DNA of 64,000 bases from Faecalicatena sp. (GCA_009774255.1 VSNK01000002.1:14143-78142); one strand, 5' to 3'. Numbered from the stretch's first letter, positions 48,545 to 61,137 are shown. Numbers and translations are program-made. Notes: generated by a model from the letters alone, not told the origin.

Positions 48545-49885
48545 TCACCGAAGGAGCTGCGCTGCCTGGCTGTCCGTATAATTCATATCATCGAACAGAG
48601 AGAGCTGCCGGTACGTCATGCCTGTCACGGTATCCGGAAGTCGCTCCTTTGTATTGAGCAGGTTCCGGGTAATGTAGTCTTCATCCAGCCTGGTGCGGTA
48701 CATCATCTTTCCGCTACATGTCAGAAAATACAGCGCACGCTTCAGCACCACACCCATTTTCTTAAGATCTTCAAACTTCAGCACCCCCATCTGTCTGGCC
48801 TTCACGATACGCATGGCCGATTTCACCCCGATTCCCGGAACCCGAAGCAGCATATTGTAATCCGCCCGGTTCACCTCCACAGGGAACTGCTCCAGGTGCT
48901 TCAAAGCCCAATTGCACTTGGGATCCAGAAAAATATTAAAATTCGGATGTTCTTCATCCAACAGCTCTTTTGCCTCAAAACGGTAAAACCGAAGCAGCCA
49001 GTCCGCCTGATACAGCCGATGCTCCCGCAAAAGCGGGGGACCCTCCCCTGTTCTGGCCGGCAATGCCTTGTCTTCATTCACTGCCACAAATGCGGAATAG
49101 AATACTCTCTTTAGCCCGAACTTCCGGTATAAAGCCTCCGCCACATTCAGAATCTGATAGTCGGTCTCAGGAGTTGCCCCGACAATCATCTGGGTACTCT
49201 GCCCTGCCGGCACGAACCGCGGCGCATTCTTATACACTACGATTTCCTGCTTATTCTCCTGCATCTTATTCTGTACCAGGCGCATCGGAGCAAGAATATT
49301 CTTCCTGTTCTTATGGGGCGCCAGGAGACGCAGCCCCTCGGCAGTGGGGAGTTCTAAATTCACACTCATCCGATCCGCCAGAAACCCTACCCTCTCAAGC
49401 AGCTTTGCATCCGTCCCCGGAATCGCCTTCACATGGATATACCCCTGAAAATTGCATACCTTCCGCAGCCTGTAAAGCGTCGCATAGATCAACTCCATCG
49501 TATAATTAGGACTCTTCAAAATCCCGGAACTCAAAAACAGCCCCTCGATATAATTCCTCCGGTAAAACTCCATCGTCAGCGTGCAGACCTCCTCCGGTGT
49601 AAAAGAAGTCCTGACCACATCATTGGACGAACGGTTGATACAATACTTGCAGTCATAGATACACTCATTGGTAAATAAGATCTTCAGCAAGCAGATGCAT
49701 CTGCCGTCCGAAGAAAAGCTGTGGCAGAGACCCGCCGCCCGGCAGTTTCCCATCCCCGTCCCATCCCCCTTGCGGTCTACCCCGCTGGACGTACAGGCCA
49801 CATCATACTTCGCCGCATCTGATAAAATCTGCAGCTTATCATACATGGACATCTGAACCTGAATCTTCTCCGACAACTCCCTCAC
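48545..49885 (-). CDS. Putative DNA modification/repair radical SAM protein (TIGR03916-type) with HhH motif
   Basis: AAKYDVAC.SSG, CIYDCKYC, REHRLYQADWLLRFY, LLRVPGIGVKSA. Confidence 0.92.
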   Translation of the reverse strand: MRELSEKIQVQMSMYDKLQILSDAAKYDVACTSSGVDRKGDGTGMGNCRAAGLCHSFSSDGRCICLLKILFTNECIYDCKYCINRSSNDVVRTSFTPEEVCTLTMEFYRRNYIEGLFLSSGILKSPNYTMELIYATLYRLRKVCNFQGYIHVKAIPGTDAKLLERVGFLADRMSVNLELPTAEGLRLLAPHKNRKNILAPMRLVQNKMQENKQEIVVYKNAPRFVPAGQSTQMIVGATPETDYQILNVAEALYRKFGLKRVFYSAFVAVNEDKALPARTGEGPPLLREHRLYQADWLLRFYRFEAKELLDEEHPNFNIFLDPKCNWALKHLEQFPVEVNRADYNMLLRVPGIGVKSAMRIVKARQMGVLKFEDLKKMGVVLKRALYFLTCSGKMMYRTRLDEDYITRNLLNTKERLPDTVTGMTYRQLSLFDDMNYTDSQAAQLLR

Positions 49886-49915
49886 ACCTTCTTTTCTCAG
49901 AGCACTTTATCAATT

Positions 49916-50040
49916 ATACTCACGGCCGATGAAATCTGCCGTGAGTATCGCGCCAGCCGCAGCCGCAAAGCGGCATAATTCCTCATGCGGCTGTGCGCAT
50001 CACATGATACTGTACGGCAGATTTATCTGGCGTTCAGTAT
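49916..50040. mobile_element. Type E palindromic repeat element in the radical SAM 5' leader
   Basis: Two inverted terminal hairpins (ATACTCACGGC...GCCGTGAGTAT; ATACTGTACGGC...CGTTCAGTAT) around a CAGCCGCA/TGCGGCTG stem. Confidence 0.88.
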
Positions 50041-50047
50041 AGATTCA

Positions 50048-50118
50048 AAACATTTGTTCTTTTTTTAATGATAACATACCTCCTTGATGATTGCAAGCAC
50101 TTTTTCGAACTAACGTTC
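50048..50118 (-). promoter_or_regulatory. Sigma-A promoter flanked by two LexA (SOS) boxes
   Basis: GAAC-TAAC-GTTC at 50107-50118; GAAC-AAAT-GTTT (minus strand) at 50048-50059; TTGCAA(50096-50091)-N17-TATCAT with extended TG. Confidence 0.8.
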
Positions 50119-50384
50119 TTTTCTCATTTACAAAAAAAGCCGCCACTATACTCCATGTAATGACAGCTATTTCTTTTTTCCGGAAAATAAAGGATTGAAA
50201 GCACAGCAAATTTTTTTACACCAATTAAAAAGAGTGCAAAGCCCTTGATCATTCAATAAAGACTTTACACTCTGATTTTGATCACTCTTTTATCCTGTCA
50301 AGCTCTGTCAGATTTACACCTGCTATAGTTAGAAAGCTTTTTAGATAGATATAATCATTTTTCAAGCTTTCATTCCCGTCTGTT

Positions 50385-52817
<2,433 letters not shown>

Positions 52818-52880
52818 CTCCTTTTTTCCTTCCTTTCCTGATTACCGTAAAGTAAAATCCATATTTTCCCAAATAGAATA

Positions 52881-52915
52881 AAAAGCCCTTTCTTCCTTAA
52901 GAGACGAAAGGGCTT
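52881..52915 (-). terminator. Terminator-like hairpin in the leuS leader
   Basis: AAGCCCTTTC...GAAAGGGCTTTTATT on the minus strand, between promoter and leuS start. Confidence 0.65.
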
Positions 52916-52966
52916 CAAAGTCTCTTCATATACGTCTTCATAATATACGTCTTCATATACGTTGTT

Positions 52967-52995
52967 ATTATAAAAAGAATATGAATATAAGTCAA
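52967..52995 (-). promoter_or_regulatory. Sigma-A promoter of leuS
   Basis: TTGACT-N17-TATAAT. Confidence 0.75.
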
Positions 52996-53034
52996 GTCAT
53001 TTTTCACCTTGCCTGTTCCAGACATTTGCCGAAG

Positions 53035-53177
53035 GTTACAGTTCACTGGCTAGCCAGCGAACTGTAACGAATCCGGCCTATTTAAAGTTGCCTTACGGCA
53101 AGAGGCCGGATTCCAGCCCCAGTACATACTGGCCTGTGACCGTGCAGCGTGGTACACGGTCCGGAGTGAACAGTAAC
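53035..53177. mobile_element. Type B structured MITE-like element
   Basis: GTTACAGTTCAC...GTGAACAGTAAC; 9-bp TSD TTGCCGAAG at 53026-53034 and 53178-53186. Confidence 0.9.
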
Positions 53178-53229
53178 TTGCCGAAGGCCGTGCTTTGATC
53201 AGGCATACCCGGCACCTCTGTCCGCCATT

Positions 53230-54057
53230 TTATCCAAGAGCCACATCCAGGATCATCATCAAGGCAAACCCGGCCGCTGCCCCGATTGTCCCAATACTAG
53301 AATGTTTTCCAGTCTGGGACTCGGGCACCAGCTCTTCCACCACCACGTAGATCATGGCTCCAGCCGCAAATGCCAGCAGATAAGGCAGCACCGGCAGCAC
53401 CAGCCGTATGAGAAGGATCGTGATCCATGCCGCCATCGGTTCTACGGCTCCTGAAGCAGTGCCATATAAAAAAGCTTTCTTTCTTGACATCCCTTCCCCT
53501 CGAAGCGGCATGGATATGATCGCACCCTCCGGAAAATTCTGTACCGCGATCCCCACTGCCAGAACAAATGCCCCGGCCAGGGATATCAGCGCATTCTCGC
53601 TCATCACTCCGGCGAAGGTGACACCTACCGCCATGCCCTCAGGGATATTATGCAGAGTAACCGCCAGGACAAGCATCGCCGTCTTTTTTCGAATCCTTTC
53701 ACATGCCGGATCCCCGGCACAACCCGTTCCTTTGCATCTCTCCATGATCCCCTCCGCATCTGCCTCCGCCTGATATATATGGGGCGTCAAAGCATCCAGC
53801 AGCAATAAAAATCCCATTCCCATTAAAAAACCGACGGTTGCCGGTACCCAGGCGATCCCCCCCTGTTCCTCGGACATCTCGATTGATGGGATCAAAAGCG
53901 ACCAGACTGAAGCCGCGATCATAACCCCGGACGCAAATCCAAGCAAAGCTTTCTGCAGACGTTCATTCATTTCATTACGCAGAAAAAATACCATAGCCGC
54001 CCCTAACGTGGTTCCGGCAAAAGGAATCAGGATTCCGAGCAGTATATTCCATTCCAT
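53230..54057 (-). CDS. ZIP-family (GufA/ZupT) metal transporter
   Basis: GFASGVMIAASVWSL, LHNIPEG, QNFPEG, AGAMIYVV.EEL.PE; start moved to MEWNIL. Confidence 0.92.
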   Translation of the reverse strand: MEWNILLGILIPFAGTTLGAAMVFFLRNEMNERLQKALLGFASGVMIAASVWSLLIPSIEMSEEQGGIAWVPATVGFLMGMGFLLLLDALTPHIYQAEADAEGIMERCKGTGCAGDPACERIRKKTAMLVLAVTLHNIPEGMAVGVTFAGVMSENALISLAGAFVLAVGIAVQNFPEGAIISMPLRGEGMSRKKAFLYGTASGAVEPMAAWITILLIRLVLPVLPYLLAFAAGAMIYVVVEELVPESQTGKHSSIGTIGAAAGFALMMILDVALG

Positions 54058-54162
54058 ATCAGAAGATTTCCCCCATTCGTATCGAAGGATCTGTCTTAAA
54101 TAAACTTTCGTGACAGCTCCTAAATTCGTTGTCATCTTATGATATGCACGAACACTGGTTTC

Positions 54163-54196
54163 GTTACAGTTCACTGCCCAGCCAGCGAACTGTAAC
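54163..54196. repeat. Solo terminal hairpin of the type B element
   Basis: GTTACAGTTCACTGCCCAGCCAGCGAACTGTAAC differs by one base from 29822-29855. Confidence 0.85.
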
Positions 54197-54317
54197 CCAG
54201 TTTATTTTTATCCTTTTTTTAGTTGTCCAATTCCCTGCTTTAGTGTATAATAGATTTTAAGAGATTTGAGGAGTGACAATTACTCAAAAATACATCTACA
54301 TAAAGGAGAGATTCGTC

Positions 54318-54740
54318 ATGGTATACTTAATAACAGGCCCGAAAGGCAGCGGAAAGACCCAGCAAATCATCGAACTTGCCAATGAAAAGGTAAAGACTTC
54401 CAACGGAAACGTCGTACTCATCAAAAAAAGTCATCGAGACACCTCAAGCGTCAATTTCAACATCCGGGCCATCTGCATGGCTGATTACAACGATATCAGA
54501 ACATTAGAGGAACTGGTCGGATTCTTATACGGCATGGTAGCAGGCAATCACGATATTGAGACCATCTTCATAGACGGAGTATTAAAACAGGTAGATATTA
54601 CCGTTGACAATCTGCCTGTATTTTTACAGAAGATTGACAAGATTTCCAAAGATAACAAGATTGAATTTTATGTGAGCGTAAGCCTGGAGAGGGATAAGTT
54701 TCCGGAGATTGAGAATCTGGAATATGAGATCCTCAGTTAA
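54318..54740 (+). CDS. Small conserved P-loop protein, function unknown
   Basis: LITGPKGSGKT, GFLYGMVAGNHDIETIFID; SD AGGAG; TTGTCC-N17-TATAAT upstream. Confidence 0.8.
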   Translation: MVYLITGPKGSGKTQQIIELANEKVKTSNGNVVLIKKSHRDTSSVNFNIRAICMADYNDIRTLEELVGFLYGMVAGNHDIETIFIDGVLKQVDITVDNLPVFLQKIDKISKDNKIEFYVSVSLERDKFPEIENLEYEILS

Positions 54741-54780
54741 TCAATGCCCTGTATATAAAGACCGTTACGATTTTACATCA

Positions 54781-54816
54781 AAAAAGAAAACCTGCCCGAT
54801 GCAGGTTTTCTTTTTT
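54781..54816. terminator. Bidirectional intrinsic terminator
   Basis: AAAAAGAAAACCTGC-CCGAT-GCAGGTTTTCTTTTT. Confidence 0.85.
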
Positions 54817-54822
54817 GATCTT

Positions 54823-56475
54823 TCATTCTACTTCCGGTTCCTCCGCCGCTTCCTGACCGGCCGCGGCTTTTGTTTCCCCATTCAGCGAAAGGACCGTATT
54901 GGTTTCCTCTCCTTCTTTATACTCTATGGTTACTTTGTCTCCCACATCATATCCTATGATGCTGATATACTCTGCGATCGAAATATCGAAAATATCATCG
55001 GAGCCTTCCAGCATGACAAAGTAATGGGAATTTCCGTCAATCACGCCCTGCACGATCCGGCTGATCGCCGCGGTAATTTTCCGGATCTCCCTGGTATCCT
55101 CCGCCACAGTCTTGATCCCGTTCTCATACATCAGATCCGTATAGTTCTCTTCACAGGCACCGACCGTATCCCCGATCGCCACGATCTGATACTTCTGTAC
55201 GTTCACCATGGCATACTTTTTCACCAGTCCCGCATCATCCTTCAATGCGATAAAGTACGTCGGCTCCCCTGATATATTCAGCAATAGCGGAAATGTCGCC
55301 TGATACTTCAGGTTCTGCACCTGACCTTCCGCGGAAGACATGGCAGAGGTCTCCGTAGCCCCCTCAATCGCATAGAATTTAGTCTCCATGGTCCTCTGGT
55401 TCATGAGCACAAACCCTACGTTGGATTGATCACCGCTCACTGAGGTCACGCCTGTATAGACCCATACGTCATCGTCAATGGCCAGATAATTATAGCCATT
55501 GGTCGTCCTCAGGCAGTCCTTCTGTCCCAGAATACTGTTGAAATAGCCATGCTTCAACGTTCCGTAATAATCATACAGCTCGACCAGAAGATCCGCGGAA
55601 TATGCCCGGTCGATCCACTCCGGCACCTCATCAATCGAATAATCCTTTGTCTCACCTGTGATCGCGTTGCATAAAACCACTCTCCCTACCGTGATACCGC
55701 CGAATAAACCAATATTGTATTTCCGCACCGGACAGATCCAGTAGGGAACTCCGTCATCATCAACCTCAAAACTCAGTTCATTGAAAATATATGTCGGATA
55801 CCGAAAACGCAGATGCCGGTAAATATTTCGGTTGAAATGATCGCTTGTCGTATATTTCATTCCCTCGCTTAATTTCACCAGTTCCGTGTTCTGTGTAGCC
55901 ATGTCAATTTTGATATAGGCCGGAATGCCCTCCCGCAGATTCGTAAACCATTTGATCAGGCTCGCATAGCGGAGAGGGGACACACGGACAGGCCGATCCT
56001 GATAATTGATCTGGCTGTACAGGTCATCCACCTCGAACTGAGAAACCATATCCACCATGCTTCCCATCTTCCGATTGCCCAGAATCTGAGCGGAATCCCG
56101 GTCTAAAAGGGGAATCTGGTCAAAAGAAAGCTCCTCAATATCCTTGGTAAACTCCCCGTTCTGTACATTCAGAAGCTTCTGATACTTTTTCGCGTTCACG
56201 ATCGGCGAAGACAGCAGGGAGCCAATCAGATAAGCCAGTACCAGAAGGATGATGAGCCCTTCAATGATCTTAAAGCCTTTTAACTTTTTTAATGTATATC
56301 GGTCAGGCTTTTTTTTGAAAATATAGAGCGCAGCCACAATCAGCATCACGATGATCATAAACATCCACAGATCCGCCGAATGCAGATTCAGCGCAGGCAG
56401 CGCCGCATAATAATAAGCTGCCGCCAGGATCACGACTGCCAGAACCGCGATCAATTTTAACTTTCCTTTTTTCAT
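54823..56475 (-). CDS. Membrane-anchored hypothetical protein (three N-terminal TM segments, large extracellular domain)
   Basis: Long ORF with coherent codon usage; start MKKGKLK after GGAGG. Confidence 0.8.
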   Translation of the reverse strand: MKKGKLKLIAVLAVVILAAAYYYAALPALNLHSADLWMFMIIVMLIVAALYIFKKKPDRYTLKKLKGFKIIEGLIILLVLAYLIGSLLSSPIVNAKKYQKLLNVQNGEFTKDIEELSFDQIPLLDRDSAQILGNRKMGSMVDMVSQFEVDDLYSQINYQDRPVRVSPLRYASLIKWFTNLREGIPAYIKIDMATQNTELVKLSEGMKYTTSDHFNRNIYRHLRFRYPTYIFNELSFEVDDDGVPYWICPVRKYNIGLFGGITVGRVVLCNAITGETKDYSIDEVPEWIDRAYSADLLVELYDYYGTLKHGYFNSILGQKDCLRTTNGYNYLAIDDDVWVYTGVTSVSGDQSNVGFVLMNQRTMETKFYAIEGATETSAMSSAEGQVQNLKYQATFPLLLNISGEPTYFIALKDDAGLVKKYAMVNVQKYQIVAIGDTVGACEENYTDLMYENGIKTVAEDTREIRKITAAISRIVQGVIDGNSHYFVMLEGSDDIFDISIAEYISIIGYDVGDKVTIEYKEGEETNTVLSLNGETKAAAGQEAAEEPEVE

Positions 56476-56508
56476 AAATCCTCCATTCCGCCGCAAAAAA
56501 ACAACGGC

Positions 56509-57954
56509 TTAAAATTTTCTCCGCCAGAGTTCCGGGGACAGCAGCAGCAGATAGGGGAAGATCTCCAGCCTGCCCACCAGCATATCCACACAAAAGATCA
56601 GTTTCGACAAGGCAGAAAACTGAGAAAAGTTCTCTACCGCTCCCACCGCGGAGATCCCCGGCCCCACATTGTTCAAGGTGGTCAAAACGGCACTGAAAGA
56701 GGTTCCGAAATCAAAATTATTGATAGATACCAGAAGTACGGAAAACAGCATGATCATAATATAGCAGATGAAATAAGTATATACACCGCTCATCGTCTCC
56801 CTGCTGATCCTTCTTCCGTTCACCCTGACAATGGTCACCGCCTTGGGATGCAGCATCCTTTTGGTCTCTTGTTTGATACTCTTTAACAGGATCATCAGGC
56901 GCGACACCTTGATTCCGCCGCCGGTAGAACCGGCACAGGCTCCTACGACCATAAGCCCCAGCAGAATTGCCTTGGAAAATTCCGGCCATTGGTTCCAGTC
57001 CGCCGTACAGAATCCCGTGGTGGTGATGATTGCGCCCACCTGAAAGGAAGCGTAGCGAAACGCATGGACCACGCTGCCGTACTGATGCAGAATATCTGCC
57101 GTAATCAACGCCACCGCACCGGCAATGATCCCCAGGTACACATGCAGCTCTTCATTTTTCAAAGCTTCCTTCCACTTGTGCATACAGACCAGAAAATACA
57201 GGTTGAAATTCACGCCGAACAAGATCATAAATACAGTGATTACACCGTCAATATATGCACTGTTATAGTAGGCCACGCTGGAATTTCTGTTGGAAAAGCC
57301 GCCGGTCCCCGCCGTGCTGAACGCATGGAGCAGGGCATCATAAAAGCTCATTCCTCCAAACAGAAGAAATACCACTTCCACGGCTGTCAGAACAAAATAC
57401 ATGGCATACAGGATCTGTGCTGTCGTCCTGGCGCGTGGAACCAGCTTATCTGCTTCCGGCCCCGGAACCTCCGCGCGCATCAGATGCATGGAATTTTCAT
57501 CATCCAGTGAAGTCAGCATCATGACAAAGACAAGCACGCCCATACCACCGATCCAGTGTGTCAGGCTCCGCCAGAAAGACATTCCCTTTGGAAGCGCCTC
57601 TATATCCGTCAGGATCGTAGAGCCCGTCGTCGTGAAGCCGGACACGGTCTCAAAAAAAGCGTCCAGATAACTGGGAATGCTTCCCGAAAGAAAAAACGGG
57701 AGCGCCCCGAAGAGGGACCACAGGATCCAGGCCGATCCCACGATCAACAGCCCTTCCTTTTTATAGATCCGCTTATTTTCAGGCTTCTTTCTGCCTGTCA
57801 GAAAATAAATGATAAAAAGTGCCCCGCTGACCACTGCAAAATGCAGCGCGCTCTCTTCCCTGTAAATAAATGCTACCAGGGCCGGTATCAGAAGAAGCGC
57901 CCCCTCCACTCCCAGCATCTTACTTATGATATACACTGTCATTCTATTATTCAT
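56509..57954 (-). CDS. trkH: Trk potassium uptake membrane protein
   Basis: FETVSGFTTTGS, TAGTGGFS, TTTGF, GSTGGGIK, NNVGPG. Confidence 0.95.
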   Translation of the reverse strand: MNNRMTVYIISKMLGVEGALLLIPALVAFIYREESALHFAVVSGALFIIYFLTGRKKPENKRIYKKEGLLIVGSAWILWSLFGALPFFLSGSIPSYLDAFFETVSGFTTTGSTILTDIEALPKGMSFWRSLTHWIGGMGVLVFVMMLTSLDDENSMHLMRAEVPGPEADKLVPRARTTAQILYAMYFVLTAVEVVFLLFGGMSFYDALLHAFSTAGTGGFSNRNSSVAYYNSAYIDGVITVFMILFGVNFNLYFLVCMHKWKEALKNEELHVYLGIIAGAVALITADILHQYGSVVHAFRYASFQVGAIITTTGFCTADWNQWPEFSKAILLGLMVVGACAGSTGGGIKVSRLMILLKSIKQETKRMLHPKAVTIVRVNGRRISRETMSGVYTYFICYIMIMLFSVLLVSINNFDFGTSFSAVLTTLNNVGPGISAVGAVENFSQFSALSKLIFCVDMLVGRLEIFPYLLLLSPELWRRKF

Positions 57955-57962
57955 GTCCGCAC

Positions 57963-59321
57963 CTACAACAAAATATCCTCAATATCCTGAATCTGTTTTT
58001 TCATCGTGATCACAATTACATTATCCCCCACCTGAATGCTGTCATCCCCGTTAGGGATGATGATCTGCCATTTTCTTGCAATACAGGCAATCAGGTTATT
58101 CGGCTTTAATGACAATTCCTTCAACGGGATATCCGTATATCTTGTCTTTGCTTTTACAATAAATTCCAGTGCTTCCACCTTGTCATCCACCAGCTGGTAC
58201 ATGGTCTCCACATTGGCGCTGCCCTGAGAGTTGCGCCATGCCCGCACATAGCTCAGTATGGCATCCGCGGTGACTGTCTTCGCGGATACGACACTGTCCA
58301 GGCCAAAGTCCTCGATCATCCGCACCCGCTGATCCTCATTCACCTTCAGAATGATCTTGGATACCCCCTGGCTCTTGGCGAACAGAGACATGATGATATT
58401 TTCCTCATCCATACCGGTCAGAGCAATAAATGCATCCGCATCCTGTATGCCCTCTTCTATGAGAAGGTCATGGTTCGTGGCGTCACCATTGATGATCGTC
58501 GCTTTGGGAAGCATCTCGCAGAGTCCTTCGCATTTCTCCTTATTCTTCTCAATGATCTTGACCTGCATTCCGATATTGATCAGTTGGAGGGCAAGATAAA
58601 AACTCGATCTTCCTCCGCCACAGATCATCACGTTCTTGATCTTGATCTTCCGGTAGCCCAGCAGCTTGAAGAATTGGCTGATCTCCTTATGGGACGCGGC
58701 CACATGCAGACGATCCCCCGCCTGTACGACATAATCCCCGTCCGGGATCACCACATTTTCCCCCCGTTCCGCGGCACAGACCAGGATTTTTATTTGAAAA
58801 CGGTTATACATCTCGGCCAGAGACATCCCCAGCAGTTTACTCTCGTTGGAAATCGGAAATTCGATCAGTTCCACCCTGCCTTTGACAAATGTCTCGATCT
58901 TGCTTGCGTTTGGAAACAAGATCAGGCGGGAAATCTCCTCCGCCATGGTCAGTTCCGGGTTCACCGCCATACTCAGGCGCAGATCCTCCTTCAGGATATC
59001 GATCTGTCTGTAATAGATCGGATTCCGTACACGTGCAATCGTATTTCTCGCTCCGATTCGCTTTGCGATCAGACAGCTCAGCATATTGCACTCGTCCGTA
59101 GATGTGCAGGCAATGACCAGATCCGCCTCCGGTATCCCGGCACTCTTCTGAATCTCCACACTGCCGCCTTCCCCGTGTACACAGATGATATCCATACGGT
59201 TCATGGCATCCAGGAGCTTTTCCTCATTATTGTCGATCAAAACCACATCGTACTCTTCCGCGGAGAGTTGTCTGGCAAGCTTATAGCCTACTTTTCCGTC
59301 TCCAATAATCACTATCTTCAT
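57963..59321 (-). CDS. trkA: Trk potassium uptake NAD-binding subunit
   Basis: Two RCK units (IIGDGKVG; ICGGGR). Confidence 0.95.
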   Translation of the reverse strand: MKIVIIGDGKVGYKLARQLSAEEYDVVLIDNNEEKLLDAMNRMDIICVHGEGGSVEIQKSAGIPEADLVIACTSTDECNMLSCLIAKRIGARNTIARVRNPIYYRQIDILKEDLRLSMAVNPELTMAEEISRLILFPNASKIETFVKGRVELIEFPISNESKLLGMSLAEMYNRFQIKILVCAAERGENVVIPDGDYVVQAGDRLHVAASHKEISQFFKLLGYRKIKIKNVMICGGGRSSFYLALQLINIGMQVKIIEKNKEKCEGLCEMLPKATIINGDATNHDLLIEEGIQDADAFIALTGMDEENIIMSLFAKSQGVSKIILKVNEDQRVRMIEDFGLDSVVSAKTVTADAILSYVRAWRNSQGSANVETMYQLVDDKVEALEFIVKAKTRYTDIPLKELSLKPNNLIACIARKWQIIIPNGDDSIQVGDNVIVITMKKQIQDIEDILL

Positions 59322-59322
59322 T

Positions 59323-60981
59323 TTATCTTTTCATTTCCCTCGCACTTTCTAATATACTTGCAGTCACCTTCGCTCCTCCAAGAAGCCTTGCCAGTTCCTG
59401 CACGGACGCTTCGTCTTCCAGAGCGGATATCTCCGTCTGGGCCCCGTTATCCTTCGCACTCTTCCGGATCAGATAATGTGCATCCGCCTGGGCCGCGATC
59501 TGAGCCAGATGGGTAATACACAGAACCTGCCTGGCTTCGCCGATAATATGCATCTTTTCCGCCACCTTTCCTGCCGTAATCCCGCTGATACCGGTATCGA
59601 TCTCGTCAAAGATCAGCGTAGGCGTATCCTCCCTGTCCGCCAGCACGGCCTTGATGGCAAGCATGATCCTGGAAAGCTCTCCACCTGATGCCACATTCCC
59701 CATGGGTCTGAGCGCCTCACCCGGATTGGTGGAGATATAAAACTCCGCTTCGTCCATTCCGTCCGCAGTATAATTCTCCAGCTCAGAGAACCGCATTTCA
59801 AACTTTACATCCAGAAAATTCATATCCGACAGGCCGTTTCGAATCTCCTTTACAAAGGATACCGCAGCCTTTTTTCTCGCCTTTCTGAGGGCAAGCGCAT
59901 ATTTTTCATAATTCTGCTCTGATTTTTTGAGGTTCTCTTCCAGCTCCTGCATATACTGCTCATAATCTTCCAGTTCCTTTAGTCTTTGCTTTCTTTCCTC
60001 ACAATATTCCAGAACTTCTTTTGCCGAATTACCATATTTTGTCTTTAGACGATTCAATTCGTTCAGACGGTTCTCCGTCTCATAGAATTCCTCTTCGGAA
60101 AATTCCAGGCTTTTGGCATACTCGGCAAGCTCCCGGTTAAAGTCATTCAGTAGGCTGTCGATCTCAATAAGCTGCCCGTACAGCCCCGCTCCCTGCTCAT
60201 CCACAGACTCCACGTCCGACAGGGCATGGATGGCGCGGCTCAGTAATTCGCTGGCATTGCAGGCTTCATCCTCGCTGGTATAATGATATGCCTCCGCGAT
60301 CCTTTCCGTCACCTTTTTGCCTGCGGACATCCTTCGGTAGAGCATTTCCACCTCTTCGTCCTCTCCTTCGAAAAGGCCGGCTTCTTCGATTTCATTGACC
60401 TCATATTCCGCCAGGGAGATCTCTTTCTGCCGCTCCCGTTCATCCATCCCGGATTCCTCCAGCTTTTTTCTGCACGCATGGTATGTCCGGCAGGCCTTCG
60501 CAGTCTCCTTTTTCAGCTTCTCCACCTGGTCTCTTGCATACAGATCCAGAAATGCAAGATGATTCTTTTTATGGAGCAAGGACTGATGCTCGTGCTGGCC
60601 GTGAATGTCGATGAGCATACTGGCCACATCTTTCAGCGTAGACATATTCACTGTTTCCCCGTTGATCTTGCTCACACTGCGCCCTGACATCAGCTTCCGG
60701 CTCAGCACGATCCGCCCATCCTCCGGAAAGATATCCATAGCCGCAAGCTGCTCTTCCATGGACCGGCTTTCTATGGTAAAGGTCAGCTCCACCAATCCGA
60801 ACTGTGCCCCCGTGCGCAGCATGTCCGCGTGGAATCTGCCGCCCAGCGCCAGATTGACCGACCCCAGCAGGATGGATTTTCCGGCGCCGGTCTCCCCTGT
60901 CAGAATATTGAGCCCCGGCCTGAAGTCCACTTCGATCTCATCGATCAATGCCAGATTTTTTACGTGCAGATTTTCTAACAT
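59323..60981 (-). CDS. recN: DNA repair protein RecN
   Basis: TGETGAGKS, IHGQHEHQ, ASGGELSR, FDEIDTGISG, ITHLAQIAA. Confidence 0.97.
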   Translation of the reverse strand: MLENLHVKNLALIDEIEVDFRPGLNILTGETGAGKSILLGSVNLALGGRFHADMLRTGAQFGLVELTFTIESRSMEEQLAAMDIFPEDGRIVLSRKLMSGRSVSKINGETVNMSTLKDVASMLIDIHGQHEHQSLLHKKNHLAFLDLYARDQVEKLKKETAKACRTYHACRKKLEESGMDERERQKEISLAEYEVNEIEEAGLFEGEDEEVEMLYRRMSAGKKVTERIAEAYHYTSEDEACNASELLSRAIHALSDVESVDEQGAGLYGQLIEIDSLLNDFNRELAEYAKSLEFSEEEFYETENRLNELNRLKTKYGNSAKEVLEYCEERKQRLKELEDYEQYMQELEENLKKSEQNYEKYALALRKARKKAAVSFVKEIRNGLSDMNFLDVKFEMRFSELENYTADGMDEAEFYISTNPGEALRPMGNVASGGELSRIMLAIKAVLADREDTPTLIFDEIDTGISGITAGKVAEKMHIIGEARQVLCITHLAQIAAQADAHYLIRKSAKDNGAQTEISALEDEASVQELARLLGGAKVTASILESAREMKR

Positions 60982-61008
60982 AGCTTCTTCTCCTTATTGT
61001 TCTTTCCG

Positions 61009-61137
61009 ATACTCACGGCCGATGAAATCTGCCGTGAGTATCGCGCCAGCCGCAGCCGCGAAGCGGCATGCTTCCTTATGCGGCTGTGCGCATCGATCAT
61101 GTTATATTGTGCGGCAGATTTATCTGGCGCGCAGTAT
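61009..61137. mobile_element. Type E palindromic repeat element between argR and recN, overlapping the argR 3' end
   Basis: Near-identical to 49916-50040. Confidence 0.88.
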
